Positions 62,629-64,000 of a stretch of DNA of 64,000 bases are shown piece by piece (the first letter of the stretch is position 1; each line of letters starts with the position of its first letter). The notes under the pieces are model-generated. The model made no database searches. It was not told the DNA's origin and was given only the letters and a program-made list of their open reading frames with translations. The DNA is from Octopus sinensis (lineage: Eukaryota). The DNA is taken from the NCBI RefSeq assembly GCF_006345805.1, contig NC_043026.1, forward strand, positions 3,410,001 to 3,474,000, given 5' to 3'. A program made the translations under genes and the position numbers.

Positions 62629-63284
62629 GTATCATCATCATCATCGTTTAACGTCTGCCTTCCATGCTAGCATGGGTTGGACGATTTTGACTGATGGCTA
62701 GCAAACCAGATGGCTGCACCAGGCTCCAATGTTGATCTGGCAGAGTTTCTACAGCTGGATGCCCTTCCTAACGCCAACCACTCCGAGAGTGTAGTGGGTG
62801 CATTTTACGTGCCAGTAAGGCGACGTGTATATATCTATATTCTTTTATTCTTGTATTTGCTTCAGTCATTTGAGTGTGGCCATGCTGGAGCACTGCCTTT
62901 AGTCAAACAAATCAACCTCAGGACTTATTCTTTCTAAGAGACCAATAGGTCTCTTTAGCCAAATTGTTAAGTTACAGGGATGTAAACATACCAATATTGG
63001 TTGTCAAGCTCTGTTGGTGGGAGAAACAGAGACACATAAATATATATGATGGGCTTCTTTCAGTTTCCGTCTAACAGATCCACTCACAAGGTTTTGATTT
63101 GCCCAATGTACCATGCAATAGAACTGAACCCAGAGCCATGTGGTTGGCAAGCATGCTTCTTACCACACAGCCACTCTTGTGCCCTTGCCCCACTGCTTCT
63201 AATTCTTGTCACCTCCCACTTTACCACTCCCTCTTTACGTTGTCTCTCATAATATATATATATGTTATGTATGTATATATATAT

Positions 63285-64000
63285 ATCATCATCATCATCA
63301 TCATCATCATCATTTAACGTCCGCTTTTCATGCTAGCATGGGTTGGACGGTTCAACTGGTGTCTGGGGAACCCGAAGGCTGCACCAGGCCAGTCAGATCT
63401 GGCAGTGTTTCTACAGCTGGATGCCCTTCCTAACGCCAACCACTCCGAGAGTGTAGTGGGTGATTTTATGTGCCACCGACACAGGTGCCAGCCGAGGCTG
63501 GCGAACGGCCACGCTCGGATGGTGTTTTTATGTGCCACCGACACAGGTGCCAGACAAGGCTGGCAGACGACCACGCTCGGATGGTGTTTTTATGTGCCAC
63601 CGACACAGGTGCCAGACGAGGCTGGCGAACGGCCACGCTCGGATGGTGCTTTTATGTGCCACCGACACAGGTGCCAGACAAGGCTAGCAGACGACCACGC
63701 TCGGATGGTGTTTTTTTTTTTTTATGTGCCACCGACACAGGTGCCAGACGAGGCTGGCGAACGGCCACGCTCGGATGGTGTTTTTATGTGCCACCGACAC
63801 AGGTGCCAGACAAGGCTAGCAGACGACCACGCTCGGATGGTGTTTTTATGTGCCACCGACACAGGTGCCAGACAAGGCTAGCAGCCGACCACGCTCGGAT
63901 GGTGTTTTTTATGTGCCACCGACACAGGTGCCAGACGAGGCTGGCGAGCGGCCACGCTCAGATGGTGTTTTTATGTGCACCGACACAGGTGCCAGACAAG
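63285..64000 (-). mobile_element. RTE tail with expanded ~61-bp minisatellite (>=9 units, runs off the window)
   Basis: (CAT)n-ttaacgtccgcttttcatgctagc head; units tgtgccaccgacacaggtgccag...ccacgctcggatggtgttttta from ~63465. Confidence 0.85.

Overview
AT-rich, microsatellite-dense eukaryotic DNA, very likely an octopus (coleoid cephalopod) genome. This is inferred from an octopus-type C2H2 zinc-finger gene and the SINE/RTE repeat families, not from a database match. There are two apparently intact host genes, both on the minus strand with single-exon CDSs. One is a 17-finger C2H2 protein (18071-19627). The other is a 1796-aa protein (50130-55520) that reads as six tandem NHL-like beta-propellers with no RING/B-box. 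The rest is a layered transposon landscape: a near-complete but lesioned Helitron (3268-9432) plus Helitron relics; a hAT element with TIRs/TSD containing a piggyBac-type MITE; CR1, RTE, Tx1, Dong/R4 and Penelope fragments; two solo LTRs; several MITEs; and many tRNA-derived SINEs. Structural oddities include two hammerhead ribozyme motifs in Penelope-like remnants, a perfect 53-bp-stem hairpin, a 560-bp variant TTAGGG interstitial array, a ~1-kb inverted repeat pair, a templated insertion and a 1.22-kb tandem duplication. No CRISPR, rRNA or true tRNA gene is supported. All calls were made by eye, and boundaries not tied to a quoted motif are approximate.
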